Origin: Gonapodya sp. JEL0774
Lineage: Eukaryota
Length of the DNA stretch: 64,000 nucleotides
Direction of reading: 5' to 3'
NCBI GenBank assembly: GCA_027604505.1
Contig: JADIIX010000115.1
Span: 1 to 64,000 of the forward strand
The notes beneath the pieces were generated by a model that saw only the letters and a list, made by a program, of their open reading frames with translations, ran no database searches and was not told the DNA's origin. The translations under genes were made by a program, and so were the position numbers. This document shows, one piece after another, positions 1-12,813 of the stretch. The stretch's first letter is position 1, and every line of letters starts with the position of its first letter.

Positions 1-300
1 TGTGCTGGGAGACGGTTTTAAGTCGCCGAGAATGTGCGTATTATAATTCGATTTCAGTCAACTTTGAAACCCACTACCATAGTGGGAACTGTGCCGACTA
101 TTGTGGAGCTCTTCGTCATTGGCACCACTTCGGGGCACTGCACATCCAATCAAAGAGGTTATGAGCGCGATCAGAGAAGGAACTCGTATGTGAAGGAATT
201 GGAAAAGCACGTAAATTTGGGGGAACTGACGCCTCCTCATGACTGGAAACAATTCCGCACACCAGAGTGGCATGTGGTGGGAACTCAAAATACAGACACC

Positions 301-1912
301 ATGGCCGACCACGAAAAACCACCGGCAGACATCGCCGTACGTTGATTCTACGTAAGATTGCCCTTTTCTCTGGTTCATCGTGTCTGATGGAGGTCTCTTG
401 GTGTCTCGCCTCACAAGTACATCAAGAGGAAGATGCGGATCGTGCCGGACTTCCCAATAAAGGTAATCACTCGATTCCGGCTTGGATTTTTTTTCTGGAG
501 CCATGTATTGTCGGAAGCGTGTATGATGGCTCCAACTTACCCCTCCCTTTTTCTGGTTTCACAGGGAATCATGTTCCAGGACTTCACCCCCCTTTTCAAA
601 GACCCCTACGCTGTTGAGATTCTGGTGAACAACTTTGTTCACTTCATCATGTCCTCGGGATTGCCAAAGATTGATGCCGTCGTCGGTGAGTGTGTCTCCA
701 CGAGAAGTCTTCGTAACGCAGGACACAGAAGTGCCATAGATCAGGCTTTACGGACCTTAATATGGGAGTCGAAGACTGCTCGTAATCGTTGATGAACCGT
801 ACGTTAAAGGTCTCAGTTGATGGAGAAGTATGGGACAAGACCTATACTGTTACTGGGGGCGGGCAAAGTGAATCACTTGCTCTGAACCACCAGGTTCCAC
901 AGCCGAAAAGTTCCGGGTTAGTTAATTACCATGGTGTCTCCTAATCCATTGGAACGACTAAGAGCCACTGATGCTTCTCTTGCCAGGATTATTGACACTG
1001 CGTTGTCTCCTGCCGACTCACTGATTGTTTGTCCCTCCGCAACTGTAGGACTCGACGCCCGGGGATTTTTATTTGGTAGGTATTCTCAGTCATCTGTTCA
1101 TCACTCAACAGCGTGACAGTATCTTGTGCTCCATCCTTGACATCCACCAATTCTGATCTCTCCACTCCCACCGCCCACCCAATCCCGACTAGGCCCACTT
1201 ATCGCCCTGAGGCTGTCATGTGCTTTCGTTCCCGCTCGTAAGCGTGGCAAGCTACCTGGTGACGTTCACATCGCGCGCTACGTCAAGGAATATGGCGTGG
1301 ATGAGTTTGAGATATCCAAGGATGGGATAACTCCTGGTCAGAATGTCGTAGTGGTCGACGATTTGATCGCAACGGGTGGTGCGTACACGTTAAACATCTT
1401 GAGGAGAATGCTGTATGCTGTGGGGGTGAGATGCGTGAAGCTTGGAGCTATCATGAGCACCTGTGTCCCGGCGGTATCGAAACTGTGGACCACGATTTTG
1501 GAATCAAATTCGATCATTCTCTCGCTAAAACGACATATATGGTGATTCTGATGGCCTAAAACTTGATGTGGTGAAATGGAAGACAAAAGTCAAGCCGAAT
1601 ATTTCAGGCCAGGAGACCGGCTAATTTCGTTCGAACGGGACGGAGTACAGGACGGATTCGCTAAGAACATGAGTTCGCTGTGCCGACTTCGGCTCTTGAT
1701 ACCTGCTTCTGTCCAGTCTGGCCTATCGTCAACTGACCTTTCTACCCTGTGTATGGTCTGCACCAGGATCCGCGAAAGCCGCTGGCGAACTCGTTCAAGC
1801 TTGCGGAGGCAAGACAGTCCAGTACTGCTTTGTTGTCGAGCTTGTGGACCTTAAGGGCGCTGCAGTGTTGGACGCTCCAACTTATTCCTTGCTTAAAGTG
1901 GAGGGAGAATGA
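301..1912 (+). CDS. APT1: Adenine phosphoribosyltransferase (6 exons)
   Basis: Spliced translation MADHEKPPADIA|YIKRKMRIVPDFPIK|GIMFQDFTPLF...IDAVV|GLDARGFLF|GPLIALRLSCAFVPARKRGKLPG...VVVVDDLIATG|GSAKAAGELV...VEGE*. Contains the PDFP, DARGF, RKxGKLP and PRPP-binding VVVVDDLIATGGS motifs. Confidence 0.96.
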
Positions 1913-2188
1913 ATTTGAAAAGCCGAATTGTATGGTCCTTGCTGTTTGTAAAATGTTCGAAGCAAGTTGGTTGACGACAGGTCTACACCAACACCAGTCA
2001 CATCACAGTACCCAACACGCACAGGATTATTGTATGGGCACTGGTCGCTCGTTTGTTTTGCAATATCTTATTCATAAGACATTCACCTGTGACCAAGCTG
2101 AAAGCATTGAACGAATCTTCAAACATATTTGTGTTTTCCATTCCGGACCGTCATCCTGTACAAGCTCGATGTTTAATTTACTTCAATC

Positions 2189-5100
2189 TCAATCTTTGGC
2201 CCCAGGTTGTGCTGATTGGGACCCTGGCCCCCCTGCCAGCGCAACCACACTGGATGCTATGGCAGACGCCAGAACAGCTGGTGTCTGTCCTTGCTGTATC
2301 CCACTCGTCGCTGAAATGCTTGGTGGCTGTGGGCTATTATTTGAGGTCGTGGGATTCGTAGAGGATCCGCCTGCAGGTAGAGGCGCGGATGACTGCATTG
2401 AGGTGTTGGACATTTGTTTTGTCTGAAGTTGAATGATCTGCTGTGCCTGTTGATCATCTTGTAGTCTGATAAAAACGCAGAACACATCCGTATCTAAATC
2501 TTGAAATGGCTAATCATTAACCACAAAAGTCTCAAAGCTCACCTCTTCCAATACTCTTTATTGCTCTTTAGGTTCTCAAGGGCCACAAACTCAACCTCGT
2601 CTTCATTCCGTGCGTCGATGAATGAGTCCCACACCTCGTAAAGTGGGGAGACAATGAAGTCAATGAATCCGATTTGACATTTCGGGATCTGCGTCGTGGC
2701 GCGATCCATGAACATGGAGACAGGAATACCACGTTTGCGCTCTTCGTCACCTTGACTGAGGGAGAGCTTCATAAGAAAAACAAGGGAAGAGCACGTGGCA
2801 TCAAGGGATCTCTCACAGGAAGAATTCTTCCATTATTCGCTCGGTCCACTTTTTACACAAGTGATTACTCTTGGTCGGATTGGAAATGTCAGAGCACTTC
2901 ATTGCCACGTCCAACACTAACTGCTTATCCTTGGCTCCTGTCTGCGGGTTTGTGAAGTCCCACCCTGCACCTGTCATCTTATTCTTGAACTTTGCGATGT
3001 ACTCGAAATGTCCGGCCATGTCCGTTGCCAGAACCATGCAAAGTACACCTGATCGCACTTGCTTAAACTTTTCGGGAGTTAGTGTAGCCAGAATATTGAG
3101 TGACGGATCGCCTAACATAATCTCAAAAGCCCGGGCGCAGTGGAAGTTCTCAAGAACGCCTTGATCGTTGTAACGAAGCGCTAAAGGAGCCGAAGTATTG
3201 ATGAGGAATGCGTTATTCACGCCTGGATGGTCGAAGTCATGGATGATCGCTGCAACAAGGCCGGCAAAGCAGTCCTAGAAAGTCATGTGAAGACAACTCA
3301 ACAACGAATTCCCAGTACTACACGGCATTTTGATTATCCCTCAATCGTGACGGTCAGCAACACCGACCTCAGGAGTCACAACGGCGCTCACGCCCACCAC
3401 ATGCAAGAAGAAACTCATTGTCTGCATTACGTCGGCTGCGTGTGCTGAGTTATGATACGGATTGGACTGCACGGACAAAATTGGCAGTTGGCAACAATTT
3501 TCCGACATCCGAGTAACGGAGGTGAAGAGGCATTACCCGGTATCCTGTTTCGATTGTAGTTAGAAATTTGCGAAGAGTGGCTTCGGGGATCTGGAAGTGT
3601 TGCCGAACACCATACTTTTCGAAAATTGCCATTGCAGTCGGAAGAAGTGGTTTGCCTTTCATTTCGCGAAGGTGGTCGTGGAAGATTGTCCGATTTTGGT
3701 TGAGAATGGGGCACTTACCATCAGTAAGTTGGGATACTTGGAATACATCAAAGTCCCAGGTATCCACGGTTTTCAGCGCGTCCAGAACCCGCTGGTCGGA
3801 AAGGGGAGCAGCCGGCTTCGGTGGTGTGTCGCTGTGGAAGATGCAGTGTTCTAAGTGAACTCCGAAGGATGAGGCTCCTGATTGCACTACTAACCCAACC
3901 ACCACCATTTCCTTCGACAATCCAGTCTGTGTCTGCACTGTCTCAGCACCTGCATTTGTTAGCATAGCATTGAGCCATTTAGACACTTCCACATCCACAG
4001 TGCCCTTAGTGACATTCAAATCCGGAGCAAATAATTGATTTGAGGACAAGATTTGAATAGCGTAATCCAAAGATTCAGCCATGTCAGCGTCAAGGTCTCA
4101 ATATAGGGAGCGTGGCTATCAGTTCGTGGTTTTCGCTGATAACTTGGTCGGCTTACCATTTTTCTCCTGTATGTTCCTCACAACCTGGATGACCTTGAAA
4201 ATGGGCGCATCAAGATCCAGATCCACGTCGTTTTTCATTCTAAAGGTTCAAGTGGGATATGCCGTCGATATTGATCCTTCGCAATCCACGCGTGTCAACA
4301 AGCGCAATCTCACTGTCGAAGCTGGTTTCTCAGGTCTGTGTTCAGCATTGCCAGTTTCTGCATGTGACCTTGCCGATCTACCAAATTCCTCGCATACTGC
4401 CCAATAAACTTCTGTAGACTGAACAATGCAACCCCGACCAGTGCTAGGCTGATGATGAAGGTTCCCTCTTCGGTCCAGTTCACGTCCACATCGTATAATG
4501 TCTCAACGTTAACAATTGCGTTGGCACGAAGAATTGCTGAAATGTTGGCCGGATATGGTATCGTTGGGAGAGGGGTGGGTGTGCGATATGTCGTTTTTGT
4601 AACATTGCCGGTCTCGTATTTCCGAAACGCATTGAACGAAGAGTCTGGCTTGAAGCAGTATGCCATTACAAAGACCAAGCTGACATATAGACCTGCAAAG
4701 TGAACGAGACCACGTGAGAGGGACGGTTGAAGTACTGACCACCTCTCCTCCGTATTTACACAAGTACGCCATGCACGCCCAAATCAAATGCTTCCTCAGA
4801 CGTGGACTGCTCATTTGCATGTTTATGGCCATGAGGGTCACAAACCATAAAGCCGAGAATACGATGTGCGTTTCCCGGCTCAATGCGCCGAAAACTACGT
4901 ATGGTAAGAAGGAGAGATAGAGCGGCTTCATAGAGCTGGGGTCATGACGGCTGATGAAATGAGTGGCAACAGTCGCACCGAGACTGGTAAGGAAATCTGA
5001 GAAGGAAAGTTTGGCGGGAAATTTGTGGAACCAGGAGATATTGAGTTTCCCATTTTCCTTTCTGGACACTGTTCACTCTCTCGCATCCACTTACAAAGAA

Positions 5101-6522
5101 TCAGCCCTTGATAGTTGAGAGTACCAATCCATTCGACTGACCCGGCTATGATCAAAAGAATGCCATACCACCTAGAAAACAGAGCTGAGAGACTACACCA
5201 CTTTCAAGTATCACCAAAACACTTACAAGTAGTGGAGAGGCATCTGTTTTAAAGTATCGAGCAGTTATGCACAGGATTAATTGATAATTTAGTGCAAGCA
5301 TTCGACAGAAAGTGAAAATCAACTCTTCCCGACCGCTGGTACAGTTGAACGAGAACCCCAATATCCAATCCTGGCACTTTCTACAAGGAAAGAGCTCCTT
5401 ATTCGTTGGGCGGTGTATCATCAATATCCGCTAGCGTCAAACCCTTTCCAGCCCTTTCGGTTGTCCACACACCAGAGAAACACACCAGAACGTTTACCGG
5501 CCCTTTTATGACTTCCGTCTCCCCGCTCAGGACTATTCGTGAGCCAGTGGCAGTGGTGGCGACTGAACCAGGATTTTGTTTGGAAGTATTCGTCCTGAAA
5601 ACGATTGACCGCGAGAGTGACAACAGGAGGGATGTGAGAAAGGACGAAACCAATGCACTCCAAGAGGCGACATGAATGTGATACAAGCCCTTCCTTCATT
5701 CGAGGGAGCTTGTACTCTAACTCTTTGTGCCCCATGGCAGTTCCCGGTCCTTTCGGATTTGCGTCGGCGTTCTCGTGTGTGGGGCCAAACATAGATACTT
5801 CTTCCGACCGTTTCTGTTCTCCGAGGTTATATTCCTTGCGGTTTCCTTCTTTGAATTATCACATTGCCATTCATTTGAGTGTGCGCTCACCCTCCTGATG
5901 CTTGCGCTCCTTTTGACTTTTCATTGGACAACGAGGTCATCGTGTGCTTGTCAGGAGAACCTGGCTGAGCAGCAGAGGCTGAATATGCAGACGATGATCC
6001 TGGTGGAAGCTGCTGTTGGATCATCTTCCCATTGATCCCTGAATTAACTTGTCCAACATTTGACACTTGGTTTCGAAGGCGATCAGAGGGAATTGATGCA
6101 GAGGAAGACTGGTTCGCTGCGGCACCGAGCAGCGCAGAGCTCTGAGGCTGAGTCTGAGGCAGTTGACCAAGTGGATTGACATTTGGACTCGATGTGTTCG
6201 GTGTAGGGGGCCTCGAACCGTCAGGGGAGTGCCCAGAAGAGTGTACATTTGAGGGTGTGTCCGTTGACCACGAGACATTGGAACTGCGTCGCTTGCGCAC
6301 TCCACTTGACGCCCCTGATGGACCAGAAGCAGGGGCGGCCGCCTGCGATGCAGAACTTCCGTATCCACCGCCCGAAGTTGGAGTGTATGCACCCCCTGTG
6401 CCGACGACAGCTCCTGACCCACCCCGCAGTTCTCCACCTCCGTTCGTGGAGAGCGAGGAGCTATTGTTGCGCCGATTGAGCTCTGGTAGAAGTTCCGGAA
6501 GCTCCTTTTGTGATGATGACAT
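2189..6522 (-). CDS. Class I 3',5'-cyclic nucleotide phosphodiesterase with N-terminal low-complexity region, about 6 TM helices, coiled coil and PDE8-like linker
   Basis: Catalytic motifs PYHNSAHAADV, HDFDHPGVNN, VLENFH, LATDM, KCSDISNP, EEFFLQGDEE and QIGFIDFIV. Hydrophobic segments are encoded at about 4400-5170. Linker reads LDAPIFKVIQVVRNIQE...AESLDYAIQILSSNQLFAP. Confidence 0.92.
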
Positions 6523-6649
6523 TGAACCGCGTCTTTTATGGTGTCTGTCTGTCCAACACAGGGCCTTTGAAATCCGGCTGATCACAAATAGACCCTTGAC
6601 GATAGAAATGTACGCCAAAATCAATGGTGTTTTTCTTCTAAATTAATTT

Positions 6650-9012
6650 CTAGTTGTTCTTTTCTTTCGGGTGTCCGTTCACGGACTTGCGTCCCTTGTT
6701 TCCACTCTTACCGGAAAGGAGCCCCAACAATCTCAATGTGAAGTCCATACCGAATACTATGGCGATCCCCCAATGACCGAACCACCCCAGATTCCTCCAC
6801 GCGCTCATAGAAAGGTCCCATTGTAGTAAGTCAAATGGTATAAGAGCATAAAGAAGTCTGTCTCAAACACAGTTTTAGTCTAGAGAATGGGTTTAAACCA
6901 GACAATCGACTGGCGTACTCACGTTGAGGAAGCCAACACGTAGCAGCTCACTCTGTAAAAAGGAAAAACAACCCACTGCGACAACACAGATTCGTTTGAT
7001 GACCGTTCAGAAGAAGAGTTCCGATTCTGCGTGATCCAAGCCCAAATCTTATCACCAAACCGTTGTTTGAGGATGCGCTCAGCCTCCACATCAACAAATT
7101 CCATGAAAAATGTCAGGAAATATCCCGCATCCCAACCGTGCCACAGTGCTAAGAACAACTGATGGTGCAATTCGAACAATGGGATCAGCAATTGCAGCAA
7201 AGCACCAAAATAGGTATTGAGACTCTGGACAATACTCACACTGTTATGAAATGCCGAAAGAATAAAGTTCACATTTGAGTATTAGTGTATGTTGGGTCAC
7301 GTTTCTTTTACCGGAAGCTCACTTACATCGATGCGCCTAGCGCTATTTGTCTGTGTCCGACCACAGGTCGAAGGCGCATATCTTCAATAAAAAAATTTCT
7401 TGAGGGCACATTCTACAGTGAGGACAAACTAGAGTTTACTCACATATGTACTCGCGTGTCCACAGATTGGTGTTGATGTTGAAAGCGCTGATATAATCCT
7501 GAGGTTCAAAGAAGTCCAGCGATTGTGCTGAATTCAAAGAATATCCTCTTTTCATGACCCACTTGCAGTGAATAAGGAGTTTCAAAAACCAGCGGCTCGA
7601 CATTGCGCAACGCGGACCAATCTGCGACGGTTGGACTCTCGTCACCCTGCTTCTTCCGTCCATCGTAGCCAAGACCGGCGAGGGCAACCACTCCTTCAGT
7701 GAGTTTCCAAGTGCCCAAGAATTTGGAGACAGAAACCTTTCCACTGTAATGCAAAGTTAGGTGGAGAATCGGCCAAACTCGTTCCGATGTGCAGACCTTA
7801 GCCACATAAACGCAATACGTTTCCACATATCAGGATAACGGTTTGGGAAATCAGGGCTCGCAACCTGCGAGAAGTGCAAACCCGCCATGTTTCCCCCCTG
7901 GTAGAGCGCGAGATACACAGCGCCGAGACCAAAGCACTGAAGAGCGTAGGGCCAAGCACTCCTCCTAAATGAGCGACTTTTTGCGAGCTCCAATGCCTTG
8001 GTCTCTTGGGATTCAACTTGCTCTGCCAATTCTTCTTGTTCAAAAAGCTCGCCGGTGATCCACTTGCGATACCGCTGATACCGGAATTGGGGGCCCACAA
8101 GGAAGCCACCCCAAAAGTAGACGTATCCGAGAGTCGCGAAAAGAGAGGGGAGCTCCGCAATGCCCTGCTCCTGAGAGGTGAAAGCGTGTCCCCAAGGTCG
8201 GGACGGCTCATACGGTGGGGTTTTTGATTTGATTGGGTTTGCACCATCCTTTAAGAGACCCAGTTTGGTGGTGGATTGCCACAGAATATTAGAAACACGG
8301 AAACAAACTTTGGTGCGAGCCCCAAGTGCGATCAAGAGCCTTCACTCACCATGTAGTCCATAGCTAAGCTGATAAGCTTCAGATACAGGACACACTGTGG
8401 TGTGAGGAAGTTTGAATCGTAGCTCGTGGAGGTTTTGAGGCTCGCTACGGCATACGCCCATCCCAGATGGACACTCTGTAATATCCATACGCAGGCAGCC
8501 AGGATAGACCGTTTGACACCTATCTTGGTGCCAATTTTCAACACTGCCCAGGTTACGACCTTTTAATGTGAACATGCGTTGAGTTGCCATCAGGGAATAT
8601 GTCACTATAATCGCCCTACCGTTCCTCCCAAAGAGTGAGCAAACTGAGCGACATCGAGTTTGCAATAGTATAGGGCTAAGCCCATCCCGAATCCGACTGT
8701 GAAGAGCTCACGCCAGAATGTGTCGTTCGGGGGAATCACTTTCCCATCGCCATCTCGTTTTGGAGGTTTGAAAGGGAAGAGGAAGGAGTAAAGTGCGGAA
8801 ATTGGATATCCAATCAGCTGTGCTGAGAGAATCCGAAAAGGTCCAGAAGCGATCTTGGTAGTTTTGGTGACATTATCCATGAACAGTGCCAATGCGGGCC
8901 CTCCCACGGGCACGAGGATGGGATCTGGCTGTCTTGGCAGAGAGGAATGGATGGTCTTCCCTAGTGAATACCACCCAACAATGGCTCTAGATACGAAGGA
9001 TGTGAAATCCAT
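6650..9012 (-). CDS. MBOAT-family lysophospholipid acyltransferase (Ale1/LPCAT3-like)
   Basis: Motifs LKLISLAMDY, GYVYFWGGFLVGPQF, FNINTNLWTREYIYMRL and FLALWHG (catalytic His). The C-terminal KEKNN fits a KxKxx ER-retrieval signal. Confidence 0.92.
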
Positions 9013-9221
9013 CCGGGAAAGTAGGCACGCTCTGCGAATGAATATATGTGTGTGATATAAGTTTGTCGTTACGCACACACGTGCACCGTGTATGACCGTG
9101 TAATAATATGTTCCCTTGGAACTGCGGTCCAAGCCAAGATGGGATGAAAGACTGACCTTCCGAAACCCAAATACCGATCTTACACAAAAACAACCACAAT
9201 AAGCCCGATTGAAGCCTGTTC

Positions 9222-10488
9222 ATGTCATCATTATCATCAGCACCAGCGAATAGGGTCAGTTCGAGGCTCTCTCCCTCAATTTGCAGAGTTTTCGTTGATG
9301 AAATGTTTGCGCGTTAGCCGCCCACTGTCATCGGATGGATAGGAATTGGAGCTATGGGGTGAGTGACCACTGATGCCGTACCAACAACGATGGGGCCATC
9401 ATCTTACTCACGGGTTTCATTACCTTTCATCACCACTGGTGGACAGATTCCCGATGGCGACCAACTTGCTGAAATCTCTCGTTTCTCCCCAATCGCTGCA
9501 TGTGTATGACGTATCTTCTGAAGCTGTTGCATCCTTCTTGTCGGCCAACCCTACTGCCCTGAGAGCCACCGGAATTTCGGACATCTGTCGAGTGTCAGAT
9601 CTGATTTTCGTCATTGTTCCTGGCCCAAAGGAGTCCTACTCTGTATTTGCCGATGTCCTATCGCATGTGCGACCCGGCACGATACTGGTTGAGTGCTCCA
9701 CAGTCGGCCCCAAAGTCGTACGCGATCACGAAGCAAAACGGACTTCCATGATGGAATCATCTCGGGAGGAAGCAGAAAGACTTCGTGATGTTGCAATCGC
9801 AGATCTCCCTGTGAGCGGAGGTCCATGGGGTGCTAAGGACGGAGCACTTTCCATGATGCTCGGATCATCTAACATCGACGAAATCTACGACATCCTTATA
9901 CCATTCTTAAAACCCATGAGTAAAATTGTCTACAAGTGCGGTGGTATTGGAAATGGACAGGTACATTAATATTCATGGGTTCGGAAGTACAATTGCTGCG
10001 TTTTGAAGTTGAAGATCATATGAACTCTAGGCCGCCAAGGTCTGCAACAACATGTGCTCTTTCAACAATATGGTATCGCTAGCGGAATCTATTGTTCTCG
10101 GGGAACGACTGGGCCTCGATTCAGTGACGCTTTCCAGGATCATTTCCACATCAACTGGAAGGTCGTACGGCGCCGAATTCCGCAATCCCGTTCCCGGAGC
10201 AACAGATTCAAGCCCAGCGAATAATGATTACAAACCGGGTTTCAGCATTGGATTGTCTCACAAGGACTTGGGACTCGCGGTGGAAGCAGGCCGGCAGGTG
10301 CGTGTCATACCTTCCAAACGTTCCAAACTGGAATAGATATGTTCCTCAAACAACTAAACCAGGTTGGCTCACCGGTAAAACTCGGAGAACGCAGCTTCGA
10401 GTATTTTTGCAGAGCAATTGAGAGCGAGGAGTGGAAGGGCAAGGACTACAGTTTTATATACCAACTTATCAAGCAGGAAATGGTATGA
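9222..10488 (+). CDS. 3-hydroxyisobutyrate dehydrogenase / beta-hydroxyacid dehydrogenase
   Basis: IGWIGIGAMGFPMATNL Rossmann motif, ECSTVGP, DLPVSGG, GNGQAAKVCNN (catalytic Lys), YKPGFSIGLSHKDLGLA and KDYSFIY. Confidence 0.93.
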
Positions 10489-10658
10489 GATATCTGGAAG
10501 CGATATGATTTTGAGCAACCATCTCAAGGAAAAATGCAATTAATTACAAAACAACAAAACATCAGGAGAAATGCGGCTAAATGTCCGGTCCGATACCTCT
10601 CCGCCTGCCCGACCTTTTCTTGATTCCCCACTTCAACACACCGCCCTCAGAAAGCACA

Positions 10659-12502
10659 ATGGCATCACGCGTCGCGCAGGTTTCCGAACACCTCTCCAGC
10701 AAGACTGGTCCTTCCTATGGCAAGCTTGGCGTGAAGAGTGCCGATGATGTGGTGAGTTGTCCGCGCCGGCTCTCTCTAGTTCCGAAACTACTTCCGGTTT
10801 GCGGAACTGATTGTTCCCGGTCATTCATCCACACGGTATCCTTTCATTTTTGCATCTCTGAAAGGTCATTGTTTCCGCTGTTCGCACTGGTATGTTTTGT
10901 GTGGAGTGACGGAGTCAATTGTAGAATTTGGTTGTTCCCCGGATGATAACCCATTAACCCTCACAACTTGTATGCTCATATAGCTATCTGCCGTTCCAAG
11001 GGAGGGTCATTCGCTGGCGTGCACCCGGAAGAGCTACTTTCCGGTAAGTTTCGTTGCAGTGCGTCAATAGAACACCGACTCGTTGCGGATTCTGAACTGC
11101 ACTTCCGTTTCAGCCGCTCTGAAAGGAGTCACTGACAAGGCAGGAATCGAAAAGAAGCTGGTTGAAGATATTCATGGTGGGTAATACTTCCCCTGGGACT
11201 TGTGGGAGCCTTCCGACACTCTGAATCTGATTGAGTCTCATGCTTTTAGTTGGCAACGTGCGCCTCCCCGGTGCTGGTGCTGGCCTTGCCCGTATGGCCA
11301 TGCTCAAGGCCGGTTTTCCCATCGAAACTTCAGTGATGGCGTTGAACCGTCAGTGCTCATCCGGTCTTCAGGCGATTGCCAACATTGCTGGCGAGATCAA
11401 GTCTGGCGTCATCGACATCGGTATTGGTGCTGGTGTTGAATCCATGGGCCAGGACACCGGTACCCCTGGCAACGCTGTACCGCCCAAGGAATGGGTTAAG
11501 GTGCCCGGCGAGATTCAGGACTGTCTCCTTCCTATGGGTATCACCTCTGAGAACGTCGCTAGTGGGTTTCAGATATCCTTCAACTGTCTATTGTATGTGT
11601 TTTTCATCCTTTTCTGCTGCATTTGTCAGAGATCTACAAGGTGGACCGCAGCAAGCAAGACGCGTTTGCAGCTGCTTCTTTCGACAAGGCCGTTAAAGCC
11701 CAGAAGGCTGGTTTGTTCAAGGAAGAGATTATCCCCGTCGAAGTTACCAAGCCCGACGGATCAAAGGTGGTCGTGGACAGGGACGACGGTATCCGTCCCA
11801 CGTCTCTGGAACAGCTTGGCAAGGTAGGCTTTTCTTGTAAATCGCGGATATCGAACTTGAGATTCATTCGTGGTTCGCACTATACCTCAGCTCCGCCCTG
11901 CTTTCACTCCCGACGGAGGCTCCACCGCCGGCAACTCCTCCCAGGTCTCTGATGGATCTGGCGCTGTCCTCCTCGCCCGCCGTTCAGTAGCTGAGAAGCT
12001 CGGTCTGCCCATCCTTGGCAAGATTGTCACCTTTGCTGTCGCTGGTGTGCCCCCCAAAGTGATGGGTATCGGCCCTGCGTTTGCGATTCCCAAAGCCCTC
12101 GCCAAAGCCGGGATCAGCGTCAACGACGTAGACATTTGGGAGATCAATGAGGCCTTCGCGTCTCAGGCTGTGTACTCTGTGGAGGTGCTTGGCATTGACC
12201 CCAAGAGGGTCAACCCCAAGGGAGGGGCAATTGCCATTGGTCATCCACTTGGGGCGACCGGAGGTGAGCACCCGGTCTGTCAGCATGTGGAGGAACCTTG
12301 TACTTTAATTTATCTTCGATATGCAGCTCGCCAAATCTCCACTCTCTTCACTGAGCTCAAGCGTACCAACAAGAGGATCGGTGAGCATAATATCGGATTC
12401 GGACTTAACCTTGCGATCTCACATTATCGTACCCCTTCAGGTGCTACTTCCATGTGCATTGGTAGTGGCATGGGTGCGGCTGCCATTTTTGAGCGGGAGT
12501 AG
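10659..12502 (+). CDS. POT1: Peroxisomal 3-ketoacyl-CoA thiolase
   Basis: Motifs NRQCSSGLQA, GNSSQVSDG, EINEAFASQ, GAIAIGHPLGATG and SMCIGSGMG. N-terminal PTS2-like RVAQVSEHL. Confidence 0.95.
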
Positions 12503-12813
12503 ATTGTGATTCTTCGTGAAGTGTAGCAATATACGGATTATGTTTTCCAGGAGAGCTCATGAAACCCGGCAGAATGAAGCGACAGGAATATTGCCTTTCT
12601 CGCATAGAATAACGTCCTTGAGACAGAGAAGTCTACGTGAATGAACCCAGATGGTTCACAATAGATCAACGCGATCGGGTACATTGTAAACCCATTTCCT
12701 TATCACTTGACAATCGATCACAAAATGACTTCTTCACAAATCATGAGGGGGTTCTTTTCTTTGTGAACTCTCGGTCATGATTTATTGCTTCTCATATTGT
12801 GTTGTAATTGTGT

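Noticed and set aside
200..245. Sm-site-like AAATTTGG followed by a weak hairpin upstream of APRT
   Set aside because: No other U snRNA hallmark sequence is present, so this is probably chance.
4400..5170. Rhodopsin-phosphodiesterase fusion
   Set aside because: Only about 6 TM helices, with no retinal-binding DxxxK motif in the last helix and no RYxDW-type helix C motif.
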